Source: Octopus sinensis
Taxonomy: Eukaryota
DNA length: 64,000 nucleotides
NCBI RefSeq assembly: GCF_006345805.1
Contig: NC_043015.1
Span: 44,578,001-44,642,000, forward strand
Direction: 5' to 3'
This document shows, one piece after another, positions 39,191-52,107 of the stretch. The stretch's first letter is position 1. Each line of letters begins with the position of its first letter. The notes below the pieces were generated by a model, which made no database searches, was not told the DNA's origin, and was given only the letters and a program-made list of their open reading frames with translations. A program made the translations under genes and the position numbers.

Positions 39191-39541
39191 GGATGATGAC
39201 GGAAAACAAAATAAATAAACAAAGAAAGAAAGAAAGGAAGAAATTTCGGGTCTCCTGCCTAGATTAGAAAAGGATATTTCCATATAATAATGATTGTGAC
39301 GATACTTATAAATATGGCGACGACTATGGTTTTCGACGATATTGACTACGTTGAAGATTTTGACAGAGAAGTGAACTGCTATTGCCAACAAGTGGCTTTA
39401 TTTTCCCCTTTTTCTTTTTCATAATTTTTAATTGCAAAATTCTTGATCTTCACCCAAACTGAAAAATCAAATAGATTGGAGATAAAACAAAAAATTATTT
39501 TCTCAAACTTTAGCACACAGGCATTCTATAATAACAACAAC

Positions 39542-39588
<47 letters not shown>

Positions 39589-39866
39589 TAATAATAATAA
39601 TAATAATGATAATAATAATAAAAGTAATAATAATAATAAAATAAAAAGCAAAAATCAAGAGAAAAAAATACTATGTATTTTATCTTTATCTGTTATCATC
39701 ATGCAATCGCTATCCATGCATAGCAATACGAAAAAATAAAATTTTTTTAGATATTTTTGTTATTTCTTTTTATTATCCTAGTGAGATTATCCAAGCATAT
39801 CTACAACAAAATGAACTATTGCAGCTACAACCATTAATCAAGCGTTAATCTGCTGTTCCTTTATCG

Positions 39867-39905
<39 letters not shown>

Positions 39906-40016
39906 CCAACAGCTGCATTTTCATCATCATCATCATCATTATACTCGTCGACATAATTAACGTCGTCAACGTTTGAGTCGCCTTCGTCGTCATCATCAAC
40001 ATTATTATTATTATTA

Positions 40017-40053
<37 letters not shown>

Positions 40054-40199
40054 GTAGCTGTAATGGTTAATTCGAAACGACTATGTAGGAAGTACAGAAT
40101 TTGTCTTTTTGGTTCATGTTTTTATATATTTTCTTCATAACTTCCTTTCTCTGCTTTTAGTTATTTTGATTTACTACCTTATAGTTTCTCGTGACCATA

Positions 40200-40248
<49 letters not shown>

Positions 40249-41250
40249 TATATACACATATATACATATATTGTACATAGTACGGTTTATATGGGTCCAT
40301 ATATGCATATATATATGGGTGTGTATACATATATTTGTAAGTATATATGAATACACACATACTTGTAAAGGTATATACATACATATGTGTGTGTATGTAT
40401 GTATGATCATAAATAATATATATATATATATATGCATGCATAAATACACATATATACATATATATGTTCATAGTTACGCATCTATATGGGTCTATATATG
40501 CATATATATGTGTGTGTGTATACATATAATTGTATGTATATATGAATACACACATACTTGTAAACCTATATACATACATATATATATGTGAGTGTGTGTA
40601 TGTATGTATGTATGTATGTGTTGTATATGTATACATTTGTATGTATGCATTGCGTTGTTTTGAGTGTTATGCTTGCTGTTTTTCGTATTTTATAAAAGCA
40701 GGTGACAAAAATAAAATCAATGGGATGTATTTTTTCATGTAAATGTAAACATAACGCTCACCACATCAATGGATTTATTGTCAGAAGCACTCAGTCAATT
40801 GCGATTTCTAGTGATCAACAATTAATTCCGGTCAAACAATGACTTTTTGAACTGACTTTAAACAGATTTTAATAACAATTTCGTTGGGGAAAAAATATTT
40901 CAAGATTATCCATTATATAAAGGAAACTGAAAAAAAAAAAAGCAAAAAAAGAGAAACGCGAAAGAAATTAAATATAAATTAAATATTTGGTCTTTATCCA
41001 ACAAATACAACAACAACAACAACTGCAAAAGGGACATCATCAGCAAGAACAAGAACAACAACAACAAGAACAATGATGATGATAACAATAATAATAATAA
41101 TAATATAATAATAATAATAATATAATAATAATAATAATAATAATAACAATCACAGTGAATTTAACAAAAATAATAATAATGATAAACATTAGTATTATCG
41201 TTATTAGAACTATTATTATTACTCTTCTTCTCTTCTTCTTCTTCTTCTTC

Positions 41251-41284
<34 letters not shown>

Positions 41285-41309
41285 CATTATTACTACTGAT
41301 GTAGTTGTT

Positions 41310-41445
41310 GGTGCCGCTGCACCTATATCTGATCGCGTTAGAGGGCTATTCGGACGCCATCTTGGATGCACGCCTGAATAGGAATGGGGCTAGATGACTG
41401 CTGAAGGTGGGATAAAAGCCTCAGAAGCCTGGTCATCCGTTTCCA
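41310..41445. other. GC-rich two-hairpin island of unknown identity
   Basis: Hairpin CTATTC(41346)/GAATAG(41381) with inner CATC-TTG-GATG; hairpin GATGAC(41393)/GTCATC(41437) with inner CTGA-GG/CC-TCAG. Confidence 0.4.
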
Positions 41446-41567
41446 AAGAGTTCAAGTAGTGCTTGTATTATTCGACCCCGTAGAGATGACAGGCAAGGTC
41501 GACCTCTTTGCCATTCATAATAATAATAATAATAATAATAATTATTATTATTATTATTATTATTATA

Positions 41568-41598
<31 letters not shown>

Positions 41599-41699
41599 TA
41601 TTATTATTATTATTATCATTATAATTATTATCATTATTATCATTATTATTATTATTAATGTTATTATCATTATTATTATTATTATGATTTTGAATTTTT

Positions 41700-41890
41700 G
41701 GCACAAGGCCAGTAAGATCGGTGAGGGTATTAAATCTATTACGTCGACCCCATTACTCAACTGGTAATTATTTTATGGACCCCGAAATGGATGAAAAGGA
41801 AAGTAGGACTCGGTGGAATTTGAACTCAGTACGAGATATGCTGCGAAGCACTTTGTCCGGCGTGCTAACGATTCTACCATCTCACTGCCT
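41700..41890 (-). mobile_element. SINE family B, decayed
   Basis: GACCCCGAAATGGATGAAAGG...CGGTGGAATTTGAACTCAG...CCGGCGTGCTAACGATTCT is the reverse complement of family B. Confidence 0.75.
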
Positions 41891-41891
41891 C

Positions 41892-41934
<43 letters not shown>

Positions 41935-42902
41935 CAAGAAAGAGGAAGGAAGGAAAGAAGAAGAAGAAGAAGAAGAAGAAGAAGAAGAAGAAGAAGAAGA
42001 AGAAGAAGAAGAAGAAGAAGAAGCATAACTTAGAGATGAATTAGAAGAATGATAAAAAGAAAGAACTAGTAATAAGAGGAAGAAGGACGAGGATGAGAAG
42101 AAAGCGGATATAATGAAGAAAGAGGACACCTTGCGCAATCGTTAATGCCATGAATATCAACACAATGAAGTGAAAGAAGCGGGGAAGAAAAGTCATTGAG
42201 AAATATAAGGGGAAAGTAGACTTCACGCGTTAGTTTTAAACAGCTGTGCTTTCTTACCCGTCTAAGTGCCAGAGCATTCTACCCACAGGAACATCCATAA
42301 CGTAGAATCTGCATGACATAGTCTTTGAGACATATGTCACCTTTTTGTTATTGTATAATTTCTGTGCACCCTTATGCATACCCAATGTATTGATCGACTC
42401 GAGCCTATAGAAAATGAGACCACTCGGTTGGAACGAATCCGGGGCCGTATGTCTGCAGAGCGTAATCTTAACATCTCGGTCATACTCAATTTACATTAAA
42501 GATATATAAATAACATGAATGGAATATTAAAACCGAAGAGGACATCATATTAAAATTTCGTCGCTAAGATACAATGCATTAGTTTGTATGAAGAGTGACG
42601 ACAATTCTTCGGACGAATAAAACAGTTTCCCTGCAGTACAAAACCATATTAATAAAGAATTAGTTAAAAATACGATAGAAAGTATATGCTGTATTGACCA
42701 ATAGTAACAAAAGTAAGCAACATTGTTTAGACACAGAGGACCGAAAACTGTACCATGAAACCGGGTGCAATTATCATAATCTGATAAGGAATCTATAATT
42801 TTCTGAATTCTATACTCAGTGTACCCTACAATGCACTTTTATATATATCGTTGTTAGAGCGTATGCATAAGGAAGTTTGGTGGAAATAATTACCGAGGAA
42901 CT

Positions 42903-43411
42903 ATGCAAATAAATATTCGTTTAGTAAAAGTGTTGTGCACTCGAAGTATGTCGCAGCAGAATTCTGCAAATAAAGCATCCAAATATGCAAATGCTATTCC
43001 AGCTACTCCGAACAGAAGGATATAAATGAATAACCTCGCTCATTCTGTCAAGGTTACAGAAGAATAGTGTATGTAAAGTCAGCCACCGCGAGAGACAGGT
43101 TTAATATGCATATTAAATCCAAGGTAATTAGAGCGTATGTATGCAAATTACAGCTCCATTTCTAACCAGGTAATTATGCTAATCAGGTACCCTCTAAAGA
43201 CTAAGTATGCAAATTCTGGACCACTGAGAAAGTGCGAGTATATGAATGCAGTGAGGAAAATATACTTATTCGTTACCTACAATTAAAGGGAAAAGATTTA
43301 AATTAATTAAAGTGTAATTATAATGAGCGGGAGCATGCAAATTATGTATCCGCTTCTAAACGCGTAAAACGCAAATTAGTCTCTATATTCTAAGAGTCAG
43401 AAGACGCAAAT
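42903..43411 (+). promoter_or_regulatory. Homotypic cluster of POU/octamer motifs, candidate enhancer
   Basis: Exact ATGCAAAT at 42903, 42985, 43141, 43207, 43335; variants CTGCAAAT 42964, ATGCATAT 43106, ATGCTAAT 43176, ACGCAAAT 43369 and 43404. Confidence 0.55.
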
Positions 43412-43489
43412 TACAGCCACGCTATTAAGGACTTATTTGAGTGAACACCAGGTACGGTTACCGTCAGAGTGACATTTTTTTGAATTGGG

Positions 43490-43690
43490 AAGGTGATCTG
43501 GCAGAATCGTTAGCACGCCGGGCGAAATGTTTAACAGTATTTCGTCAGCCGCTACATTCTGAGTTCAAATTCAGACGAGGTCGACTTTGCCTTTCATCCT
43601 TTCGGGGTCGATTAAATAAGTACCAGTTAAGCACTGGGATCCACATAATCGACTTAATCCGTTTGTCTGTTCTTGTTTGTCCCGATGGGT
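43490..43690 (+). mobile_element. SINE family B
   Basis: CTGGCAGAATCGTTAGCACGCCGGGCGAAATG...TTTCGGGGTCGATTAAATAAGTACCAG. Confidence 0.85.
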
Positions 43691-44363
43691 AAAGATTAAT
43701 TAAATGAAATATTATGAAACGATTGTACTACACTACCTTTGGATATCCTTGTTGCTTATTCTGATTTTATATATATATAACAGACTTCTTTTCAGTCTCC
43801 ATCTATAAAATCCACTCACAACGCTTTGGTCGACTAGAGACTATGTTAGAAAACACATGCCGAAGCGGGACTGAACCCGGAGCCATGTGGTTCGGATGAA
43901 TGCTTCTTGTAATTTGTTCAGAAAAGTTACTTGCAGCTAATGTTTGTGTACTTTGTCAAGGAAATACAGACACGCGGAAAAACAGACACACACAGACACA
44001 TACACACATACATACACACAAATACGCATACACAATAACACACACCACCCTGAGAAATACAAAACAAATAGACACACTCACACAAGCACACCCACACGTA
44101 AATAATTATAAATAATTATAAATTTATTTTACGCCTTATTTTGAACACTTTCATGTTGACTGTTGAAGCAAAAAGGCCCACTTAACATTTTCTTATCATT
44201 CATTGTCATAGATTCTACTTTGTAACATTTTCTTATCATTTTCAAAGACAGTATAACTTTATTTTAATACAACTGTGATAACCAGTTTTTAACATAAGGC
44301 TTATACAAAGCTTTACATTTTACTTTTGATTATCTTTTATTTAAAAAGAAAAGTGGCATTTTC

Positions 44364-44398
<35 letters not shown>

Positions 44399-44494
44399 TT
44401 CTGGCTTTGCATCAGAAATTGTTTGCCTCATCAGTGGAATATACTAAGATAGTAACATAAATACAGACACACACAACAGAAATATATATATATA

Positions 44495-44533
<39 letters not shown>

Positions 44534-44594
44534 TATACGAATACTTACATATACGAACCCATACATATATGTGCACGTATGCACACGACCAGTT

Positions 44595-44800
44595 TACAAT
44601 TATTCGGTAGCCAAGATAAAACTCTGAGATTCGGATGCCGAGATGGAAATCAACACCACCATCTCTTCGGTTATCTGGCATCCGAAACTCAGAGTTTTAT
44701 CTTGGCTACTGAATAATTGTCACATATTATTTTACAGATAAATTTCCTCTATTTACATAATATTGAGGTCTCTTTCTTCTGTTATCTTACCGTTTTTACC
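44595..44800. mobile_element. Inverted hammerhead-bearing repeat, same family as 7507-7795
   Basis: Minus-strand motif ATAA-CCGAAGA-GATG...CATC-C-GAATCTCAGAGTT-TTAT abuts a plus-strand half copy GGCATCCGAAACTCAGAGTTTTATCTTGGCTAC. Confidence 0.75.
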
Positions 44801-44978
44801 AATATATATATTGATTATCACTCTCGATGAATTTATCCCTTTTTGTGTCCCTTGCACTTGGCATCCTTATTTCGGAGCCCTTAATTATATTTCTATATGA
44901 ATAATATTTTGTCTAATGACTAATTCGTCTTTTGTGCTGGGCCACTGGTAGTAATCTATGTTATTACCCTTTTTTGAT

Positions 44979-45021
<43 letters not shown>

Positions 45022-45994
45022 GTGTGTGTGTGTTTTACTCCACACAGACATGCCTGCGCTTATGATAGGGGTTATTGCTATTTGGAAGCATTAAGGTATC
45101 ATCTAACGCCACAAACACTATGATAGGCTTCTGCAGTTAGATAACTTAAGAACACTAAAATAACATGTTGATGCACAGCATAATATCATTCATTCCACTT
45201 GTGTTTTGTTATTATCATTCTTGTTCTTATTGTTGCCGATTATTTTAGACTTTAAATGACATTCCCGTTGTATTCAATTTGAAATTTAATTTTAATTTTA
45301 TTATTTATGTTTGATTGATTACCGTTTTCTTAAACAAACATCATGTTTTGGTTTTGTTGTTCTCCGCATCCTACCGATATTGTTTTTCCCATACTATGCT
45401 GTTCTTCGTATCTGCATTGATATCATTGTTGATCTTATTTCTAATCACGTCATTTATCAAGTTATTTACACTGGAGGATTGCAACGCTGGCACCACGTTG
45501 ATTATTTTCTAATGGGATCACAATCAAAGAGATAGTGACACAGTTAATTTCTACGTGCTACTTTATTATTATAGTTACTGCTATCATAGTTATTTGCCTT
45601 TTGCTTTTCGTTTGAAAATTTTCATTCTTCTGTTATTTTAGAGAGAGTTCTTTCTATTTCCTTTCAGCTCATTTTTTTTTACGGTTGGGTAGCCGAACCA
45701 CTGTTCCATAATACTTGATTGCGCTCATTCTCTTTTAAGTTTTTCTGATCATACACGAAATGTTTTCATTTCTCTTTTTTTTTTCTGCCATGTTTTAAAT
45801 TTTACGACAAACGCTTTTCGTTTCTTTGTTCTTTTCCTTCGTCAGCAACCCAACTCTTCCTCTAACCCCTTTTCTATTAATATAGAAAAAAAAACTACAA
45901 TAGGATATTTAAAAAATCCCACAATGTTATGAAAGAAATACTTTGCTGCATTTAGTTTTCTCTCTGTATGTTTTGAGTTCAATACTTGCCAAAT

Positions 45995-46012
45995 ATATTT
46001 CACGCTTCCCTG

Positions 46013-46086
<74 letters not shown>

Positions 46087-46335
46087 TATTATAATCATCA
46101 TCATCATCCATCATCATCATCATTATTATTATTATATTATTATTATTATACATTATTATTATTCATCATCATCTTATTATTATATCATCAACCATCATCA
46201 TTATTATTACCATTATTATTAATATTATTATTATTATTATCACCATTATTATTATTATTATTATTATTTTTATAATCATCATCATCATCATCATCATCTT
46301 TATTGTTATTATTATTATAATCATCATCATCATCA

Positions 46336-46370
<35 letters not shown>

Positions 46371-46405
46371 ATCATCATCATCATTATTATTATTATTATT
46401 ATTAT
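45995..46405. repeat. (ATT)n/(ATC)n microsatellite, tail of the adjacent SINE
   Basis: Directly visible. Confidence 0.9.
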
Positions 46406-46855
46406 TGAGTGAGAGAGTAACACATGCCATCAAAGTGACACAGAGGTACAATTATACGAAACCTAATATACGCATCATGACTCCGTGTCTGGTAATGATA
46501 CACCAGGCACATACATCACAACCACATGTGCGCGACATGTTGACCTTATATCAAGATAAACAGCGCATGACCTTGCAGGTACGACACAGTTAGAATTTTC
46601 TTCAGGTTAAATAACCCATCTCATTCAAAATGTCCCTGAATAAGGTTGTTTAATGGTGATGAACGAAACACCCATGTTTCCAGAGGTGAATCACTCAAAC
46701 CCCAAAGAATCCCGGTTAACACATGGCTATGATGCTCCCCAAATACTTCTGCTCGTGATCAGAGATGCGGAAATCGTCAGCCACTAAGGGACATGCTTAC
46801 GTGATTAAGGTCAAACAACTGACAAGCAAATCAGTGGCATTGAACAGAATATTTA
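46405..46855 (-). mobile_element. SINE body with Deu/Nin-domain-like core (tentative)
   Basis: Minus strand GATTTGCTTGTCAG...GGCTGACG...TCTCTGATCACGAGCAGAAGTA...GGAGCATCATAGCCATGTGTT, ending in an (AAT)n tail. Confidence 0.55.
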
Positions 46856-46894
46856 ATGTAGCCCATTTTTTTATACCAAGACAAAACAATGTAG

Positions 46895-46958
<64 letters not shown>

Positions 46959-46979
46959 TATCATCATCATCATCTGTAA

Positions 46980-47175
46980 AGACAGTGAGCTGGCACGCTT
47001 GTTAAAATGCTGAGGAGCATTCCGTCCATGTTTACGTTTTGAGTTCAAAAGCCGCCGAGATCAACTTGGCCTTTCAATTCATGGTCGATAAAATAAGTTC
47101 CATCTGAGTACACTGGAGTCGATGAATCGATCTTCTCTCTAACCTAAACTGGCTACCTCTGTGCCAAAATTTTGA
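46980..47175 (+). mobile_element. SINE family B, decayed
   Basis: GAGCTGGCA...TTTTGAGTTCAAAAGCCGCCGAG...GGTCGATAAAATAAGT. Confidence 0.65.
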
Positions 47176-48727
47176 AATCAATATCATCATCGTCATCATC
47201 ATATATCAATCGTTTTCTTTCTTTATCGTAAACCATGTTTGCAAGATTAGAAGACATTTTAAGTAACTGAAAATAGCGTTAATAGGAATGCATTGGTAGG
47301 AGTCGCAACATCGCTCGTGCTGTGACACTTACTACCTAGTTGACGATATAGCATGAGATAGCATGAGAAAAACAGTGTCGGTAACTTAATCAATTATACT
47401 CCTCCTCTTTATATTTGTAGAATTATTGTGATTTATTAATCGCTATTATCATACGTTGTTTTACGAATTGAGAAATTATTCACGAGTTAGATGACAGCAA
47501 TTCTGATTGTGGAAGCTTTTCACATTCTCGTTATATTTTGTTATAATTTATATATTTCCTGTTACAAAGGAAACGTATGTTTTAGTATCTTTAGTCTTCT
47601 TACTTGCACCATGTAAACCTATTGAAATTCTTTTAATTTCCTTTTTATATCACGAATAATAAAATTATATTACAGAGTCAAATTGTGTGTTTCGTAGAAT
47701 CAGAAATGTATACTGTGGTATGAATGTCATTGACATGGAAATGACTTCATCTACCATTTACGTTCGACTTGATAATTGTAAAGAAATGTAAAGGGTAGCA
47801 GACCATACGACTAAAAGCATCTACAGCACTAAGAATTTGATTAAAATATGATGAACTCACCTCGTGTATTTATATATATTTTCTGGTTAGGACATTATCC
47901 TAAAGCCTCTGTGTATCTATACAGGTAATGTCGATTTGATGGAGGGAGTAAACTTATGTGAACACAACCTTTGATCACTATAAACAAAAACGTGTGGTTG
48001 TTTGCTAAGAAATTGCAGTACCCTCACAGCTCGTCTAAAGACGGTAAAGTCCTTAGAGGACATGTATATATATATATATATTTTTATAAAATTATAAGTA
48101 TATGAGAGAATGGAGTTGAACGACTAGTTAACAAATATCCTTTATTCTCGATATATGTTTCGAAGGCTGCATATTCCTAATTCCGAAGGAATAAGGAGTA
48201 GATTATGCAGATTTCTCTTCAGGAAAATCAAGGAACTTATGTCGACATCAAAATGCACAAAACTCTTTTAGCTGACCGCTCTCATGGGATCCTTGAGAAC
48301 GGTCAGCTAAAGGTTTTTTGTGCATTTGCAGCCTTCGAAACATATGTCGAGAATAAAGGATATTTGTTAACTAGTCGTTCAACTCCATTCTCGCATATAC
48401 TTGTAATTTTAAAATAAACATATAAATTTCCGCACGAAGACACGTAGTCTATGCCCTAGGGACGTAGCTTCAACCGTGTTCTTTCTGATGTGAATTTGCT
48501 ACCCAGGTATCGGTTATCTTTCGAATTATCCTTAATAAGATAATTCATTCAATTACGAAAATATATATTTATATATATATAAATGACATCTTTAACTTTC
48601 TAAGACTTCAGAACGCTTTTAAAGCACACTTTGTTTACGTTCATTGCAATTTGAACTTAACGTATAATACCGTCTCATAAAGCAAGATTTCTATATATCT
48701 TAAATTTGCGAAAAAAATTGTGGAGCG

Positions 48728-48815
48728 GGCGGTTAGCATAATGGTTTAGAGCACCGCAACGCATAATCATGGAAGCATGAGTTCGAGTCTCATAGCCGGC
48801 CGCCAACACTTTTTT
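48728..48815 (+). pseudogene. tRNA-Met(CAT)-like sequence within a ~320-bp repeat unit
   Basis: A box TAGCATAATGG 48734-48744; CAT at 48762 followed by AATC; T arm ATGAG-TTCGAGT-CTCAT; T6 at 48810-48815; anticodon and acceptor stems defective; flanking direct repeats about 48575-48660 / 48885-48975. Confidence 0.6.
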
Positions 48816-49049
48816 CTGCAAAATAGAGGTAGCTTATCCTCTTCTGGCTATATTATTAGCATTATCCTGCGTTTGAGAATTTAAAATCACCTCTTTAATT
48901 TTCTAAGACATCTGAACGCTTCTAAAGCAAACTTCGTTTGTTTGCTTACGTTCATCGTAATTTGAATTTTTATATATATACATATATATATATATATATT
49001 AATAAATAGAATAAAGCATATGCATATATATAAACATATATGTACGTAC

Positions 49050-49520
49050 CTACATCTACATGTACATATACACGCATATATGAGTACAGGACACCAAAAG
49101 GACGTCGAACACCATGAGAAACGAAAACATAGACACAAACCAAAGGAACTGGACATATATTTAAAAACAACAAAAAAATAGAATACAGGACAATTAACAC
49201 AAAGAAAAAACCCCTTCTTCAGTCGCTAAAGCTTTCATCTACTCTACGTTTCGAAGGATAAAAGCGAGACGTATCTTCGACAAGAAAACTTTCCTTCCTG
49301 CGAAAAGCAAATCAATTAAAAGTCTGAGATCTTTTTGCAGAAGGGTAAAAAATAGTAACAGCAGAACAGTAACGACAGTGCAAATTGTAAACAGTAGAAG
49401 ACAGGACAAGGAGAAACAAGATAAGAAGGGCTGTTGACGCCGAACGAGAAAAAGTATTACAAACACAGAATTTTTTATGGACGACGAGCGGAGGAAAAAG
49501 AGTGATGTCCATTATTTATA
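49050..49520 (-). mobile_element. Penelope-like remnant (tentative)
   Basis: Pyrimidine-rich minus-strand body with decayed hammerhead-like TTGTCGA-AGA...TTC-GAAACGTA-GAG at about 49240-49285. Confidence 0.35.
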
Positions 49521-49859
49521 TATATATAATTAGAATAAAAACACATTTTATCAATTCAAAATGAGCAACCAAATTACACCACCTGGAAAATCACACATAA
49601 TAGAATTATTAAATTAAATAACAAAAAAATATCAACGATTAAGTAAATTACAAAAAAAATAATAAAAACGTATAAAATTGTTATTCTACCAATTATATAC
49701 GTTTTTATTATTTCTTTAGTTATTTTGTTTTGCAATTTACTTAATCATTGATATTTTATTGTTATTTTAATTTTAATATTATGTGTGATTTTCTAGGCGG
49801 TGTAATTTGGTTGTTCATTTTGAACTGATAAAAGGTGGGTTTGTTTTTCTAATATTATA

Positions 49860-50168
49860 TATCACGTGATCACGTGATCGACCAGACCGTCAGATGTTGT
49901 TACATATCGCTGGTCACAATGCGTTCGCATTGTTTTTTAGCCTTTGAATGAGGCCACCCCGCTGGCTAAGCGAGCAGGCTGACCGAAGAAAGAGTGGGAG
50001 AAAGAGTGGTGAAAGAGTACAGCAGGGATCACCACCCCCTGCCGGAGCGTCGTGGAGCTTTTAGGTGTTTTCGCTCAATAAACACTCACAACGCCCGGTC
50101 TGGGAATCGAAACCGCGATCCTACGACCGCGAGTCCGCTGCCCTAACCACTGGGCCATTGCGCCTCCA
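49860..50168 (-). mobile_element. Full-length SINE family C
   Basis: Head GGAGGCGCAATGGCCCAGTGGTTAGGG...TTCGATTCCC; tail GTCACGTGATCACGTGAT. Confidence 0.9.
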
Positions 50169-50183
50169 ATTTTATATATATAT

Positions 50184-50226
<43 letters not shown>

Positions 50227-50240
50227 AATATATATATATA

Positions 50241-50279
<39 letters not shown>

Positions 50280-50306
50280 TATATATATATTATTATATAT
50301 ATATAT

Positions 50307-50356
<50 letters not shown>

Positions 50357-50360
<4 letters not shown>

Positions 50361-51201
50361 CCTTAAATCCTTAAAATGTTTTAGCCCGAAGGCCGCGGCC
50401 ATGCTGGGGCACCACCACTGAATGAGCTACACTAGTTTGTGAATCCACCTCTGATACGTGGCACTTGATCAACAAGGGAGTTCGATGCTGCTGCCCGCAT
50501 CCGTGTCTCCTGTCGTGAGGTAGGTTCATCTGGGACTCCCACAAGAAGAGATCCAGTTTAGTTTTAAGAAAACCAACATCCACACCATGTAAGTCTCTAA
50601 GGCATTTAGGGAGGATGTTAAAGAGCTGTGGTCCTCTGAACCCAAGCTGTTGCAGTATCTGGACCTGTATTTTGATGGTGATGTTGGAATCCTTGGCACC
50701 ACGCAGCGGCGCCCCGTTCTGCGGTTGGAGTAACTTTGAATGCCAAAGTTTGGGACAAGACCCTCCAGGATTTTCAGATGTATATCACTGCATATCTCTC
50801 CCGCCTCCGCTCCAGGGAGAAGAGGTTTAATACCTTCAGTCTTCCCAGTAGCTGACATTTTGCATTGAGACGATTTTCTTTGTGTAGCTTCTGTGAGTTG
50901 CTTCGAGTTCTGCTGTTTGTTTTATATTGTGTGGTGACCAAAGTTGGGAGCAGTAGTCCAAGCGGCGAGGAGGAATGTTTTCCATAGGACCATCAGTGTC
51001 TCCTTCTCTCTTGTTCTGAAAGTTCGGAGAATCCATCCAGCTAGCCGTCTGCATTTTATCACCAGATTAGCAATATGCATTTGGAAAGATGCATCATTGC
51101 TCATGTCAATGCCCAGGTCACGCACTGATTTTGACTCAGGGATTGCAATTCTTCCTGGGCCAGTGTATCCAGTCTTCACGTCATTTACCTTTGTGTGCCA
51201 G
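50357..51201 (-). mobile_element. CR1-group LINE 3' fragment, disrupted
   Basis: VRDLGI, WILRTF, RLDYCSQLWSP, KILEGLVPN and GPQLFN segments across frameshifts; tail AAGGATTTAAGGATTT running into (TA)n. Confidence 0.9.
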
Positions 51202-52049
51202 TAATATATATATTATATTGTGAGAAATTTGATTTAGTATTTCTAAATTGAATGGTTTTTCCTGTAAGTTTGGATTTATATTCCATCAAATAATTATTAT
51301 ATATATATATATAGTTGTATTTAAGTGTGGGCGTGTATGTGTATGTCTTTTGTGTGCGTATGTGCCTTTGAGAGTGTGTTTATGAAGATACTTAGGATTG
51401 TTATTCTGTTTAGAAATTTATTCTTGTTGTACGCGTTATGCTGTTGATATTGGATGTGGACGAAAAGCTCATTGATTGTCAGTTTAAAAACGATAAGTAT
51501 GATCAACCATGCGTACGATAACCATACACACCTTAACACCATTGAGGCGTCAACATCTCTACAGAACAATAATCCGCATTGCATGTGAGGCAGATACAAT
51601 CACAGATGCTTTATGTAAAAAAAAAATTAAAAAATAAACAAAGGGCAAATCCTGTCGATTGAAAATACAAGAAATATCAGCTCAGTTTCACTCCTAACAC
51701 CCTAACATATAAAATGATGAAAACACGCATTATATAATACGGTCATAAATAGACATGATCGCCGCTGGTAAAATACGTTTGATCAGAGAACTGTTCTAGT
51801 GAATAAACAACGACAAATATTTAATGTATGTATGCATTATGTTATATTTTATTCGTTCTAATTTAATTGTGCAACGACAAACTTCATTGATCAGTTCATG
51901 AAATATTTAGCAGTTTACATAACAGTTTACTAAGCACGCATATTTGACTTAGTTTTGTTCTGTTCGTTTGTAATCCGGCAATTAATGTTTAAACGCTATG
52001 CAATCTCCATTGTTTTACTGTTCTTGTTCCCTCCTCCCTCGCTCTAGTG

Positions 52050-52064
52050 AGACACACTAAAGAT

Positions 52065-52107
<43 letters not shown>

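Noticed and set aside
40245-40600. ~190-bp direct repeat pair
   Set aside because: Composed largely of TA/TG low-complexity sequence; consistent with local slippage duplication.
41310-41445. HDV-like ribozyme or H/ACA snoRNA call for the GC island
   Set aside because: P2/P3 pseudoknot and catalytic C context could not be assembled; no ACA box at the expected position. Kept only as an unknown structured segment.
48900-48955. CTGAAC-GCTT-CTA-AAGC-AAAC hammerhead-like string
   Set aside because: Lacks G8/A9 and G12; too far from the core consensus.
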